Below, piece by piece: positions 37,501 to 49,685 of a DNA stretch of 64,000 bases. Numbering within the stretch: the stretch's first letter is position 1; each line of letters begins with the position of its first letter. The position numbers and the translations under genes were made by a program. Below the pieces are notes generated by a model that was not told the origin of the DNA, did not search any database, and saw only the letters and a program-made list of their open reading frames with translations. Where the stretch lies: contig NW_024704742.1 of NCBI RefSeq assembly GCF_018977255.1, positions 116,252,001-116,316,000 on the forward strand, given 5' to 3'. The stretch comes from Callorhinchus milii. Lineage: Eukaryota.

Positions 37501-39508
37501 ATCAGCAAAAGAGCAAGCTAAACGCAGCATAATTGCTGTGCCCTTGAGTGCATTTAATGGGAAAGAAACGCACAGGCGGGCGGCCTGGGGCAAGTTCCCA
37601 CAATGATGAAATTGGCAAGGCTTAAGAAAGCTCATGAAATATTGGGCGTATGCAGAAATGCGTTTGATCTTTAAGCAAATTGAAAGAATGACGCTGAATG
37701 AAACAAAATACCCAAGACTGCCTGTAGCAAAAAAAACATTTTCATCTAATGTCTATTGTGAACAGCAGTAGCTTTAGTTCTAATAATTTGACATTTGTTT
37801 ATTTGAGTGCCAGCTCTTTGTTGCTTATCCTCCATGTCTTGTTTATTTTTACCAGCATTTACTGTTAATCTAGATTTGTGTGCATGCTTATTAAAACATT
37901 TTACGTTGGCCTGAAAGAGGCTTTTTTGTAATTTGGGTTCTGAATAAAATCCCATTCTGCTGCTGCTTAAAAGAGCAGCATTTTGCACAAAACAAAGGTA
38001 TTTCAAATAATAATTATTTATTAATTATTCAATCCACACTCAATCCACGACTGTGGGACACTTCTGTGCGCAATTGGCTGCTGCGTTTCTCCCACAAAAC
38101 ATTCAGTCAATTCACTTTGCAGTATATTCTGTGAAGTGCTTTGAGATGACTGAAAGACTTGATAAGGCGCGATATCAAACGCAAGGATTATTATTTTATT
38201 ATTATTATTAAAACAAAGGTATTTGTACTGGTTTCAAGAGCACAGAGCAAAGCTGCAGAGTGGGTCGACACACAAATGCACCTGATATTTTCAACTTTCT
38301 GCTGGTGCAAATAAATAATGTGCATCCAAACATTTATATCATGTTAGACATGATGGAAATAACGCCCTGAAGAATAAAATATAGAGTTTATTGTGTTTTT
38401 AAAAGTGCTTTGAGGAGAATTCAGGTCTTTCATTAAATGGGATTCCATGTGGGTTAACATGCGGAACTGTTTGCTTAGGGAGGCATGAAAGCACATATAG
38501 TGTGGGCAGTTATAATGATAATCCTTCTTGCACTTGATATAGGGCCTTTCACATCAAGCAGAGGTCTCAAAATACTTCTCAGGATTTACTGTAATGTGTA
38601 GTGACCAGGTATTCTGTAGGCGAATGCTACTACTGCTTTCATCAGCAACACTTTTTTCTAACTCTATCACTCTGGACCTATTTCAATAATTTGTCTCAGA
38701 GCTGGCTTATATTTCCAAGTGAGTTGCTCAGTAGGGCTATAAAACGTTTTAAAAAAAAACTTGCCTTTTAAATAGCTTCTTCCCACAATGAAGCATCTCA
38801 AACTGCTTCACATGCTGAGTTGGTTTCAAGTGAGTGCTGTGACTATTCATTAGACGAACAAAACAACTAAGCTGTGCCAGCGATATTTCACAAACAGCAA
38901 TGAAATAAATGGCCAAGTATAAACTGGAAGGAAGGAATAGTGGCTAGGACATGGGGAGAACTCTGCTGTATTTCAAAATAGTACCCTCAGCAGCACTTCA
39001 GTTCATCCACAGCACTCCTTCAATATTGCAATGAGCATTATAGCACCTAGATTATTATTATAAGATTAAATCCTGGGTTGGTCTTGAACATTACAAAGCC
39101 TTAGTATTAGGCACCAATATTGCATTCCCTAATTTATAGCTCATTAAATAGTCAGCTAATCTTTGCCATTAGTGTTTAATGAGGATGTCACATTTATTTG
39201 GCACATGGCACATTTATTTTACAGAAACATTAACAATAATACATACTGGGTAAGTGTAAGGTTTGGAATGTCACAGAGTCATAACACTAGCTCTATGATA
39301 AATTATTAAATGTTCATTTCGAGGCATTGATTCCTCCGAAGGAAATTCTCCAAATGAAGACCACCTTATTTGGAAAGAAAAGAAATTCACCTCCCATTTA
39401 GCTGTTAAAACACAAATACTCCCTCTGTGCTTCCGACAGTTCCTAATATTCAAACAATGTTATAACTGTCATACAGATGATTAAGTTTGATCTCCTGCTT
39501 CATATCGT

Positions 39509-39817
39509 GGAGTCCTGTAGCTCAGTGGTTAGAGCACTCGCTTTGCAAGTGAGAGACCTCAGTTCAATTCCCGGCAGGGCGAGACCTTGGGCAAGTTTCC
39601 TTACTCCACACGCCTAATAATAATCCCTCCGAAACCAAAAAATAATAAATTGGTCATATTCAATCTACGACTGTTTGTGGGACATTGCTGTGCGCAATTG
39701 GCTGCCACGTTCGCCCACAAATATACAGTCAATTCACTTTACAGTGTGTTCTGTAAAGCGCTTTGGGACGTCCTCCCGACGTGAAAAGCGCTATATCAAA
39801 TGCAAGGATTATTATTA
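39509..39817 (+). mobile_element. Full-length young SINE
   Basis: Complete head, Deu core and L2-type tail. Confidence 0.93.
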
Positions 39818-40464
39818 TATTATATCTCAAGTTGGAGTCTAAACAGAATAGAAAGTTGGTGAATCATTATGTATGATCAGGTTCGATCTGGAGCTTTCCT
39901 TTCTATCACATATCTGAGTCTTCAGCCACTATGCCCCACATGCCTTCAGCCACTATGCTCCAAAACTCTGGAACTTTCTCCCTCAACCACTCCACCCTGC
40001 CCCTTCCCTCCCATTTTCAAATCCTGCCTAAAGACCTTTCTTTTTGAGCGTGCTTATGGTTACCTCCCCCCCTCCCTATCCCCCTGGCTCATTGTCAGAC
40101 TCCACCACTGTGAAGCACTCTGGTAATGCTACCCCGCATGAAGGGAGCTATATTCCTGCAAGTTGTGAGTGGAAATTGTATTGCTCAATGTTCCCTGGAG
40201 CTGACACGATGGGCCTTTTGGTTCTTTTCTGTGCAGAAAATCTCATTCATTCATGTCTATGGAACTGTGGGGTCTAGTATTTGCTAAATACTCAATGTAA
40301 TATTGTGATCTTATGTTCGGAATCAAAAATATACAGTACTTGGGTTGCCAAAATGTACACTCTAATAATTTATTCCAGTACAACATCGTAAGCATAACGA
40401 TAAGAAAGTACAAATGCGACTAAAAAAATTAACTTTCTTTAAGTTGTACAGAACTCATTTCTTA

Positions 40465-40825
40465 TATTAATAATCCTTGCATTTGATATAGCGCCTTATC
40501 ACCTGTTTGAGACATCCAAAAGTACTTCACAGAATATACTGTGAAGTGATTGACAGTATATTTTGTGGGTGAAACGTGGCAGCCAATTGTGCACAACAGT
40601 GTCCTACAAATAGTCATGGATTGAAGTGACCAATTTTTTTTAATGGAATTATTACCCCTCGGAAAAGCGATTTGCCAATTGACTAACAACCAGGTTCCTA
40701 CTTACTGCTAGGTAAACAGAGCTTGTGGAGTAAGGAAACTTGCCAAACATTTTGTCCTGCTGGAAATCAAGCCCAGGTCTCTCGCTAGTGAGCCGAGTGC
40801 TCTAACCACTCATCTATGGGACTCC
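40465..40825 (-). mobile_element. Full-length SINE, long variant
   Basis: Contains the extra internal block of about 60 nt (gactaacaaccaggttcctacttactgctaggtaaacagag). Confidence 0.9.
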
Positions 40826-42297
40826 ACATTTCTTGTCCAAAGTCTCCCACTACCACCCTGACCAAAATAGATGCTCAGTAGCATGTTAATAATAATCCTT
40901 ACATTCAATAGCGTGTGAGTTGAGACTGCAGAATGTTGTCGTGCAGGTGCAAAGTAGTTCTGTGCTTAGTAAGGCCACCCTTTTGTTCCAGTTATGCAAA
41001 ACACAACAAGGCTACAGTAGAAAGAAAGCTACTTCGCCAAAGATTGTGTAATTGTTCAGAAGAAACTGCCCCCAGCTAAATTCTTGCTCTTGTAATCTCC
41101 TATTACATGAATGACAGGTTTAACTGAAGCCTTTCTGAAAATCATTTGCGTACCTTTAACTTAAAACAGCACAAACAAGCCAAACGACTAATGATTAAGT
41201 GCAGTATTTAATATGATTCTGTATAATGTACAGTAGCCTGGCCCATCATGACTTAACAATTGGAAAATTACACAATAGAATTGCAATTTTTTTTGCAGTT
41301 CCATCTGCTCATTACTTGGGTTTGAATAGATGCAACCTGTCATCCTTTAGGGATCAAATTAACTTCCACCGTCGATCATTCTTCTAAAAGCACACTGCAG
41401 TGTGAACCAGCTTATGTCTTTAACCAGATGGTTAAACTGCCTATAATAGGTCAAAAGGACACTGAAGCAAAATGTGTTATAATGTCCTTTTGTTATAATG
41501 TCCATTATAATGTTAATTAATGTTATAATTTAAAAAACTTTGTATTTGTATAACTAGATCAGAATGAAATGTCTTCTGTAGTAAATTCTTATCGTTTTGT
41601 TTATATGTTGCTGGCCATGTGTCTGAAAGAAACGTTAAAAGTTATCATTTTGGTAGAAAATGGATTTTGCATGTCTGCCTGACGTTTCTAAATTGGATGG
41701 ATTATTTTCCCCTCATATCTGTGCAATGGTGCAAACAAGATTAAAATTGGAGTGTCCTATACTATTGTAAATATAATTAATTGTACTCTGTCTGGATATT
41801 CTTATTACAAAAACAGAAGTCGCTGGGAACACTCAGCAAGTCAGGCAGCATCTATGGAGAAAGGAAAGTGAGTCACCTCTTCGGGACCTTGACCCTTTGT
41901 CAGAACTGGGGCATGTTGGTAGGGAGAAGCTTTTAAGGGCTAACAGAGAAGGGGGAGGCAGGGCAAGGAAGACAAAGGAGAAAATGGGGTAGAGGACAAG
42001 GGATGATGGGTTAAAGAGGTGTTGATAATGCATAACAATGGCAGGGGGAATTGCAACAAAATAGCCAGACCAGAGAGAGAAAAGTTTATGTCTGGGACCC
42101 AGGTGATGTGATAATGGTCACAGCAGAGGGGGAAGGGGAAGGTGAGCTGTTATGGTCTGAAATTGTTGAAATCAATATTGAGGCCAGAGGGTTGTAAGGT
42201 CCCCAGCAGATGGATGAGGTGCTGTTCCTCAAGCTTGCGCTGTGGTAAAACACTAACTTGCCGTAACTTGCCTATTACTTTACCTTGGAAGAGCGTA

Positions 42298-42603
42298 GGA
42301 GTCCTGTAGCTCAGTGGTTAGAGCACTCGCTTTGCAAGCGAGAGATCTGAGTTCAATTCCAGGCAGGGCGAAACCTTGGGCAAGTTTCCTTACTCCACAC
42401 AGAGCCTAATAATAATCCCTCCAAAAAACCCAAAACAATAATAAATTGGTCATTTTCAATCTACGACTGTTTGTGGGACATTGCTGTGCGCAATTGGCTG
42501 CCGCGTTCGCCCACAAATATACAGTCAATTCACTTTACAGTATATTCTGTGAAGCGCTTTGGGACGTCCTCCCGACGTGAAAAGCGCTATATCAAATGCA
42601 AGG
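42298..42603 (+). mobile_element. Full-length young SINE nested in the PLE endonuclease
   Basis: Complete unit; the PLE reading frame is found on both sides. Confidence 0.93.
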
Positions 42604-43154
42604 TTAAAAAAAGGAGACCATGGCTGGAGACGTCAGAGTGCGAGTGGAAGGGCGAGTTGAAATGGCAAGAAACCGGAAGCTCAGGGTTGTGCTTGCGGAC
42701 AGAATGAAGGTGTTGTGTAAATCAATCACCCAATCTGCGTTTGGTCTCCCCGATGCAGAAGAGACCAAATCGTGAGCAGCGAATGCAGTAAACTATATTG
42801 GTGGTAGTACACGTAAATCGCTGTCTCACTTGAAAACTGTGTTTGAGGCCCTGGACAGCGGGGTGGGAGGAGGTGACAGGGCAGGTATTGCATCTCCTGG
42901 GCTGGCATGGGAAGGTACCGGGGGGAGGAGAGCAACTATTGATGGTGATGGAGGAATGAACCAGGGAGTTGTGGAGGGAATGAACCCTTTAGAATGCTGA
43001 GAGGGGAGGGAAAGATTTCCCCCACTTTGTTTTGCATTATTGACATCTTTCTATCACATCATTCCCTGTCCTTTACCCCATTTTCTCCTTTGTCTTCCTT
43101 GCCCTGCCTCCCCTCTCTCTGTTAACCCTTAAAAGCCTCTCCCTCCCAACATGC

Positions 43155-43197
43155 CCCAGTTTTGACGAAGGTCGTGGACCCGAAACGTTAACGTTTC
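43155..43197 (+). ncRNA. Degenerate minimal type I hammerhead ribozyme in the PLE repeat
   Basis: gtt-tTGACGA-a-ggtc-gtg-gacc-c-GAAA-cg-tt-aac: core boxes, stem II and a palindromic stem III are present; C3 is replaced by U. Confidence 0.65.
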
Positions 43198-43506
43198 CTC
43201 TCTCCATAGATGCTGCCTGACCTGCTGAGTGTTCCCAGCAAATTCTGTTTTTGCTTCAGATTTCCAACATCTGCAGTATTTTGCTTTTTGGACATTCCTA
43301 TTATTCATTTTATTTGTACTAATTTTTCTCCTCCAATCTCTGTCCTCCTCTCACGAAGGTGCTTTTCTTCTCCGCCCCCCCCCCAACTCCCTTTGCCTCC
43401 TGGTGGCATATTATCAGGGTGTGGTATTTCTCCTATTGAAAGTGGTTGTTGGCAGCCTATATGATCATGGGGGACATCGTAGCCAAGCCTGAGGATTGCT
43501 CAATGT

Positions 43507-43776
43507 ACCTGAGTTCAGTTCCAGACAGGGCGAAACCTTGGGCAAGTTTCCTTACTCCACACGCCTAATAATAATCCCTCCAAAACAAAAAACAATAATA
43601 AATTGGTCATTTTCAATCTATGACTGTTTGTGGGACATTGCTGTGCGCAATTGGCTGCCGCGTTCACCCACAAATATACAGTCAATTCACTTTACCGTAT
43701 ATTCTGTGAAGCGCTTTGGGACATCTAGAAGACGTGAAAAGCGCTATATTAAATGCAAGGATTATTATTATTATTA
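43507..43776 (+). mobile_element. 5'-truncated young SINE
   Basis: Starts near the B box; Deu core; (tta)n tail. Confidence 0.9.
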
Positions 43777-46700
43777 CACGTACGTATTCTTGCCAAGTTG
43801 AAACAGACGGAGATTTAGCTATTGCAAAATATTCCTGTAATCTGAGTGTCTGGTGACAGTTTATTCAACTGATGGACTTTGGGTTGTGAGAGCTATATAC
43901 TTTGTGATTAACTAGGTTGTAAAATTGCTTAAATGCTCTTCATGTTTTGAGTATATATTTAAGACTAGGTGTGTTCTCAGTATATTTCCAATGACCCATT
44001 AGGTCATGGCAGAGCTATAATTGAGTATTTTAGGATCTAATTCATGATCTACCCTTGTAACATATAAACACAGGCCTTGACTTTACATTATGATTATAGG
44101 TTTCATTGCACGACTGTTAAGATGAATCACTTCTGTAAGACAGACTGGTGAATAAATCAGCACCTGTTTGTGGATGTGTTAATCGCGATGCCAACGACAA
44201 CTGGAGAATGCTAAATTGTTTAATCTGCAAAAATGTTTAATCTAACGTGTAGTGATGGTACAGGAGCCTATGTTTGTGCTTCCTACTGTATCAGATGTTT
44301 TGATTTGACATCTTCTATCCTTGAGGCCTGCCAAAATCAGATTGAAAATTGCAGGATTCAGGTCAGTCTTGTTCTGCATTTTGTATTCTAGAGAAGTGTA
44401 TTGACACAGCTCCATTCAATTCATTTCTGACCTTTAACCGCCTGTAGCAAGGAATGAGATTATCACCCACCCTGGTGAAAATGTGCTGCTGTGTTTTGTA
44501 CCACTAACTCAGAATTTCAAAGGGTTCCATTTCACTAGATCAACACGAGCAAAATAAGTTCAATGTTTAAACATAGCAAAATAAGTTCAATGACTAATGT
44601 TTTAAGAATTAATGGAAATCATTTACCACAAGGAGCCAACTCAGTGTTCACATGATACATTAGTCATAGTAGTCATTCTACTTAGCTGAGAGCTTCTGAG
44701 TAAGTGTTTTAAACTTGATCATTGCACTTTAAGTCACTGTACATTTTTTTTTCATCATTTGCTTTCCATTTTTTTCTCTCTAAATACATTTATTTGAATA
44801 AAGAATAAATGACCTTGCATGGTTTGCACTGAATAACTTCTTGCATGTTGTAGCCTGAACCATTACAGCAGCTTATTCTGTTTGTTGTTATTGGCCTGAA
44901 CCACTGTATTACTGTTGTTTCTGGATTGTAAACCAGTGGGTGAGATCAAGCTGGCTTGCTCCTCCATGCTTTCCTCAAAGCTCTGGGGTCAGGAATCTTG
45001 TTGCACAAACTGAAATAGGATGGATTTTTTTCAGCTCCTATTTGATCAACATGGAGTGGGAAGTATAAATTGGACATCCAGTTCCATGCCACTTATGCTC
45101 CTGGGAACAAAGTGTTTCTGTTTCCAGCAGAATAAAACAGCATTAGATTCATAATATTATGCAGACCCTACTTTAAATGGTAAGGGGAAGATAGTCTTCT
45201 GAAATTAAATCTATTTTGATACAAGCACTGGGAATAAGTGAACAAGGTCTTTGAACATTAGGCTATAACTAATGTGGAAAGAACTTCCATTAATGCTTCA
45301 GGTTATGTGAATCTTAATCTGCATACAGAAAATGAGGGCAGAAAGTTAACCCCAGTAATATTATCAGAACAATAACTTGTGTGCTATGAGCCAGGAATAT
45401 CAGCTCTTGAGTATGGGCAGCATTTATAACACATTGTGTAAAAGCTGGTGATATTTCTACAGTTGTATGTCTGGAAATTGCTGTTCATCAGAATTAACAT
45501 GAGAAATGACCTTACAAAGAAGAATCCATACTGGATTTGGTGGTGAAATGAGTTTTTCAACCCACGTAACTTCACAGATCTAGAGATAGCTTTTAAAGTT
45601 CAATTTCTTGGTTATTGAAATGGCATAGTACCCAACAGCTAACCATTTCTGCAATGCACAAAAAGCATCTAACCACAGGCAGGAATAACAAAGAGTTTGG
45701 TTCCTATTTGAAGTATTTCCTCCTTTCCTCCCCCCACCTTCCCCTAACCAAACAAAAATCAAAATAACAAACCAATCTATTTTAAAAATATTCCTGAGAT
45801 AGAACACAAAGATTTTGTTTGAGTGTGAAGTTTCAAAATGTTTCTTAGAATTGCGTAAATCCTCATTGAACAATCACACCCCATTTATAGTGGCAAACAG
45901 AAGTCAGATTCAGTCAGAAATGCTGCTCTGTTTGCCGCTATGAAGTGTCACTAGTTCTGAATGGGAACTTAAACCGAAGCGTACGTGAAAGGCCAGGAAT
46001 GCATATGGACAGATTTTAGTGGTGTAAACAAGTAGAAGGCTATTATAATAATTATAAGCCCTGCATTTGATAAAGACCCTTATTACGTCATAAGGATGAC
46101 TCAAAATGCTTCAAAGAAATTAACTGCAAAATGTGATTGTGTATTTATAGGTGATCATTTCTCCTGTCTGTCTCTTTCCCTTCCCCCCCATTATTAATAT
46201 AATACACTACAACATCAATGTTATTCTCCTTCCCTGCCATTTCTGATTTGATTGCTTGCTGGCAGTTGAAACCAATTACAGTACAAGTTGTCTGATCATC
46301 TGTCTCTACTTGTTGTGCGATTTATACATGTTCATTACACTTAAAAGCAACAAACCAGGCAGGCGGAATACAGCTAGCTGCCCAGCAGTGTAAACAGCAG
46401 CAAAAGAGAAAAAAAGCATTTCATATACTGGAGATCAGAAAATAAAGCATTAAATGCTGGAAATCAGATGGTGGCTAGGTTGGTTGCATATCTGTTTAAT
46501 TTCAGGGTAAATGGAGCAGCTCCATTAATTTGTCCAGTTTTCAGACTGTATCTGAGCATAAATAGAGCATTCAATGTTCTGCTCACACATTTGGCCCAGA
46601 CACCAGATAAAGGGCAAGCAACTTACAGAGTGGCAAAACCAGAGTAGCCAGAGCAGCATGTGATTTTAATGGATTTAATAAATAATTTGCTTCTTGATGT

Positions 46701-47299
46701 GCTGGACCAGCCGATGCCTTTGTTTTGTGCTTCACAAAGGCTCATATCCCATTTGCCCCGTTGCTTTGCTGCCAAATACTTCCTGAAAATTAATGCAAAA
46801 GCAGCCAAGCAAAAGAAGCAATGCCATTGTCCGAGGAAATGGTGTTGTCTGCAACTTTTTTCTAGTGCAGGGCTAAGTTTCTTAGCTTCAATGAGGGAAT
46901 GAATGAACCATATACACTATCACGTTGAAGTATGCTTTTGCTCCTACTGGGCTGCCCGATACCTTCCTCGAACAACAGGCAATGCCAAGTAGTGGTGTTA
47001 GCAAATTTAAAAGCTGTGCACGTGCATGGAGGGAGAAGTAATTCAGACTCATCAATCCATTAGGAGTTTGCCAATAAAAGTCACTAGAACCTTTTTTTTG
47101 ATCAGCGGAGTATCTTGACACATGTGGAAACCCATCACCATGCTTAACAGTATCCAAACCAAGCAGATTTCCATGCATTCCACCTGAAATATATTGGAAT
47201 GGAATGTGAACTCTCTCACCCTGGAGGGACATGTCCTGCTTACCTAATTCCTGCTTAACTAATTTTTTTTCACTAAAACCTTTATTCGTTTTTATCTTA

Positions 47300-48167
47300 T
47301 CCTAGGTTCAATTCCAGGCAGGACCAAACCTTGGGCAAGTTTCCTTACTCCACACGCCTAATAATAATCCCTCCAAAAAACAAAATAATAATAAATTGGT
47401 CATTTTCAATCCACGACTGTTTGTGGGACACTGCTGTGCGCAATTGGCTGCTGCGTTTTGCCCACAAATATACAGTCAATTCACTTTACAGTGTATTCTG
47501 TGAAGTGCTTTGAGATGTCGAGAAGACGTGAAAAGCGCTATATTAAATGCAAGGATTATTATTATTTTATTATTCTTAATTCTCAAAATATATCTCTGCA
47601 ATTCTGTCCACACACATGGTGGCACAATGTTAACCTCGATAGAATGTGTTAAAAGTGTTGACCTCTGGCCATTTGCTGTAATTATTTGGGGGGTAATTTA
47701 CATGTAGTGGAACGAAGCAAGATGAAAGGTACTGTGCAGGAGGAGTCCAAAGCTTCTATATTACAATGACACTCTATCATAATCCGATTCTCCACAGAGC
47801 CTGTGGCACTCTTTGACAGTAACATTTGTACTGTCTCGCAACCTATTGCAATGGCCTCTCTGAATAATAATAATCCTTGCATTTGATATAGTGCTTTTCA
47901 CGTCTTCTAGACGTCTCAAAGCGCTTCACAGAATAGACTGTAAAGTGAAATTGACCGTATATTTGTGGGCGAAACGCGGCAGCCAATTACGCACAGCAGT
48001 GTCCCACAAACAGTTGTGGATTGAAAATGACCAATGTATTATTGTTTTGTTTTGGAGGGATTATTATTAGGCGTGTGGAGTAAGGAAACTTGCCCAAGGT
48101 TTCGCCCTGTCTGGAATTGAACCCAGGTGTCTCTCTTGCAAGGCGAGTGCTCTAACCACTGAGCTAC
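47300..48167. mobile_element. Convergent SINE pair (47300-47565 +, 47864-48167 -)
   Basis: Two highly similar copies in opposite orientation about 300 nt apart. Confidence 0.92.
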
Positions 48168-49685
48168 ACTTGACAGCACATTTGAGGTGCTTCAAGATTT
48201 TACCCTATGTGAAAGGTGTTTTTTTTGTTGATATCCTGTGCTGCAGATTGGTCAATAAATAATAATAATATTCCTTGCATTAGTATTATTATTCTAGATG
48301 CGTTACAGTTCAAGCTAATTTGTCCCTTTGAGTTGAATGAGTTGGCAATTTGGATTCTTACATGCATCACCTGTGGTGAAGAGCAGGGGCAATGACTTTC
48401 AATGTTTTGACTTGTGTTTCACATGTTAAATGTAACAGCATGAAGCAACATCCTACCTCCTTAAACCACCTGGAGCTGGGTGCATTCCCTCTCCTCACCA
48501 CACACACACACGCAAAACCGTCAGGTTCGCTACCTAATCCTCTGCCTTGTAAGCTACAATTAGACCATTTTATAGCATAAGGTCCTTTTTCTCACTAGAA
48601 CACCAGCAATTGAATGAACAGTTATCCACCATGAAGCCGTCTCCCTCTATTCTCACACTGTAAGCACAGACATCTGTGCGAGAAGGCCTGCCAGCATACA
48701 CCCCACTTTTAGTTAATTATCCCAGACTGCTCCAGTTGGTAACTGATGTTTGCTGTTAGAATAAGTGTATACATATGGTACCTATCCTATTGTTAAACTC
48801 GTATAGTTACCTTATAATGAGTCTGAAAATGGTCTCCATAAGCAAGAAGCTGCTTCCAATTCTAATCCTCAACCATGTAATGAGTACACTTTGCATCATA
48901 ACCTTTGAAACACGGATGCTAATAAATGCATCCAGGATCTTTACACTTTGAAGCAGTGTTAGATTGTACCTTTGTACAGTTTTGATTTCACAAAATGTAC
49001 TGCAAAAATGTTAATACATTTACGTTTAGCACTGAACTGTATTAGATTAAGAGTATCTACCTTTCCATCTCTTGGAACTGCATTACAACTTGAAGTTTTA
49101 AACTTATATTTTTGGTTCATTGTTTCACATTCCATTTGGGTTGAGATGACCTGCTAGGGTTTATATCTAAGGCATTTGATGTTCCCATACCTGCTTTATA
49201 TGTGTGGTGAGGTTTTATTACTATGTGAACCAAACAAAAATCTTACATTAGCCCTTTACACAGTCTTATGTAAACCTCTTGGAGCTCCAGACATCTCCAG
49301 TATCGAGCAGAGGGACTTTTCACACCAAAATCTTATCAGAGTAAATAGATCTGCAGCTATTGATTCTTGTGAATTGTCATTTTATGTGCATTTGCATTAG
49401 AATTGTATACAATTGTAATATACATGCTTTGGTTCAGAATAAAGATTGCTATATTATACGTGGCAATATTCCAAAAAAGCATTCCATTCCTTAAATATCC
49501 CCTGATTTCAAGAATATGCTTTCTCCCTCAGGCTTTTCAAAATGAAACTGCTGCCATCTTTAAAATTTTATGAGGAGCTCAATTCCTGTTAAATGAACGT
49601 TTTGTGCTTTTAAAATGATTTGAGTCAATGCCTGGCAAGGAAGCACAAAATCCACTTTTGTAGTGGCTCAGTTAAAGGCTTTACT

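Larger units (their letters stand above)
41808..43290 (-). mobile_element. Penelope-like element remnant (GIY-YIG endonuclease, inverted pseudo-LTRs)
   Basis: Minus strand encodes PGTFPCQPRRCNTCP...FTCTTTNIVYCIRCSRFGLFCIGETKRRLGD*FTQHLHSV...PVSCHFNS (42610-42925) and QRKLEEQHLIHLLGTLQPSGLNIDFNNFR (42155-42242); inverted arms 41808-42049 and 43018-43253. Confidence 0.9.

Noticed and set aside
39587..39784. Recurring ORFs such as MGKFPYSTRLIIIPP..., [15 protein letters not shown]... and MESCSSVVRA...
   Set aside because: These are chance translations of the same SINE in different frames, not a protein family.
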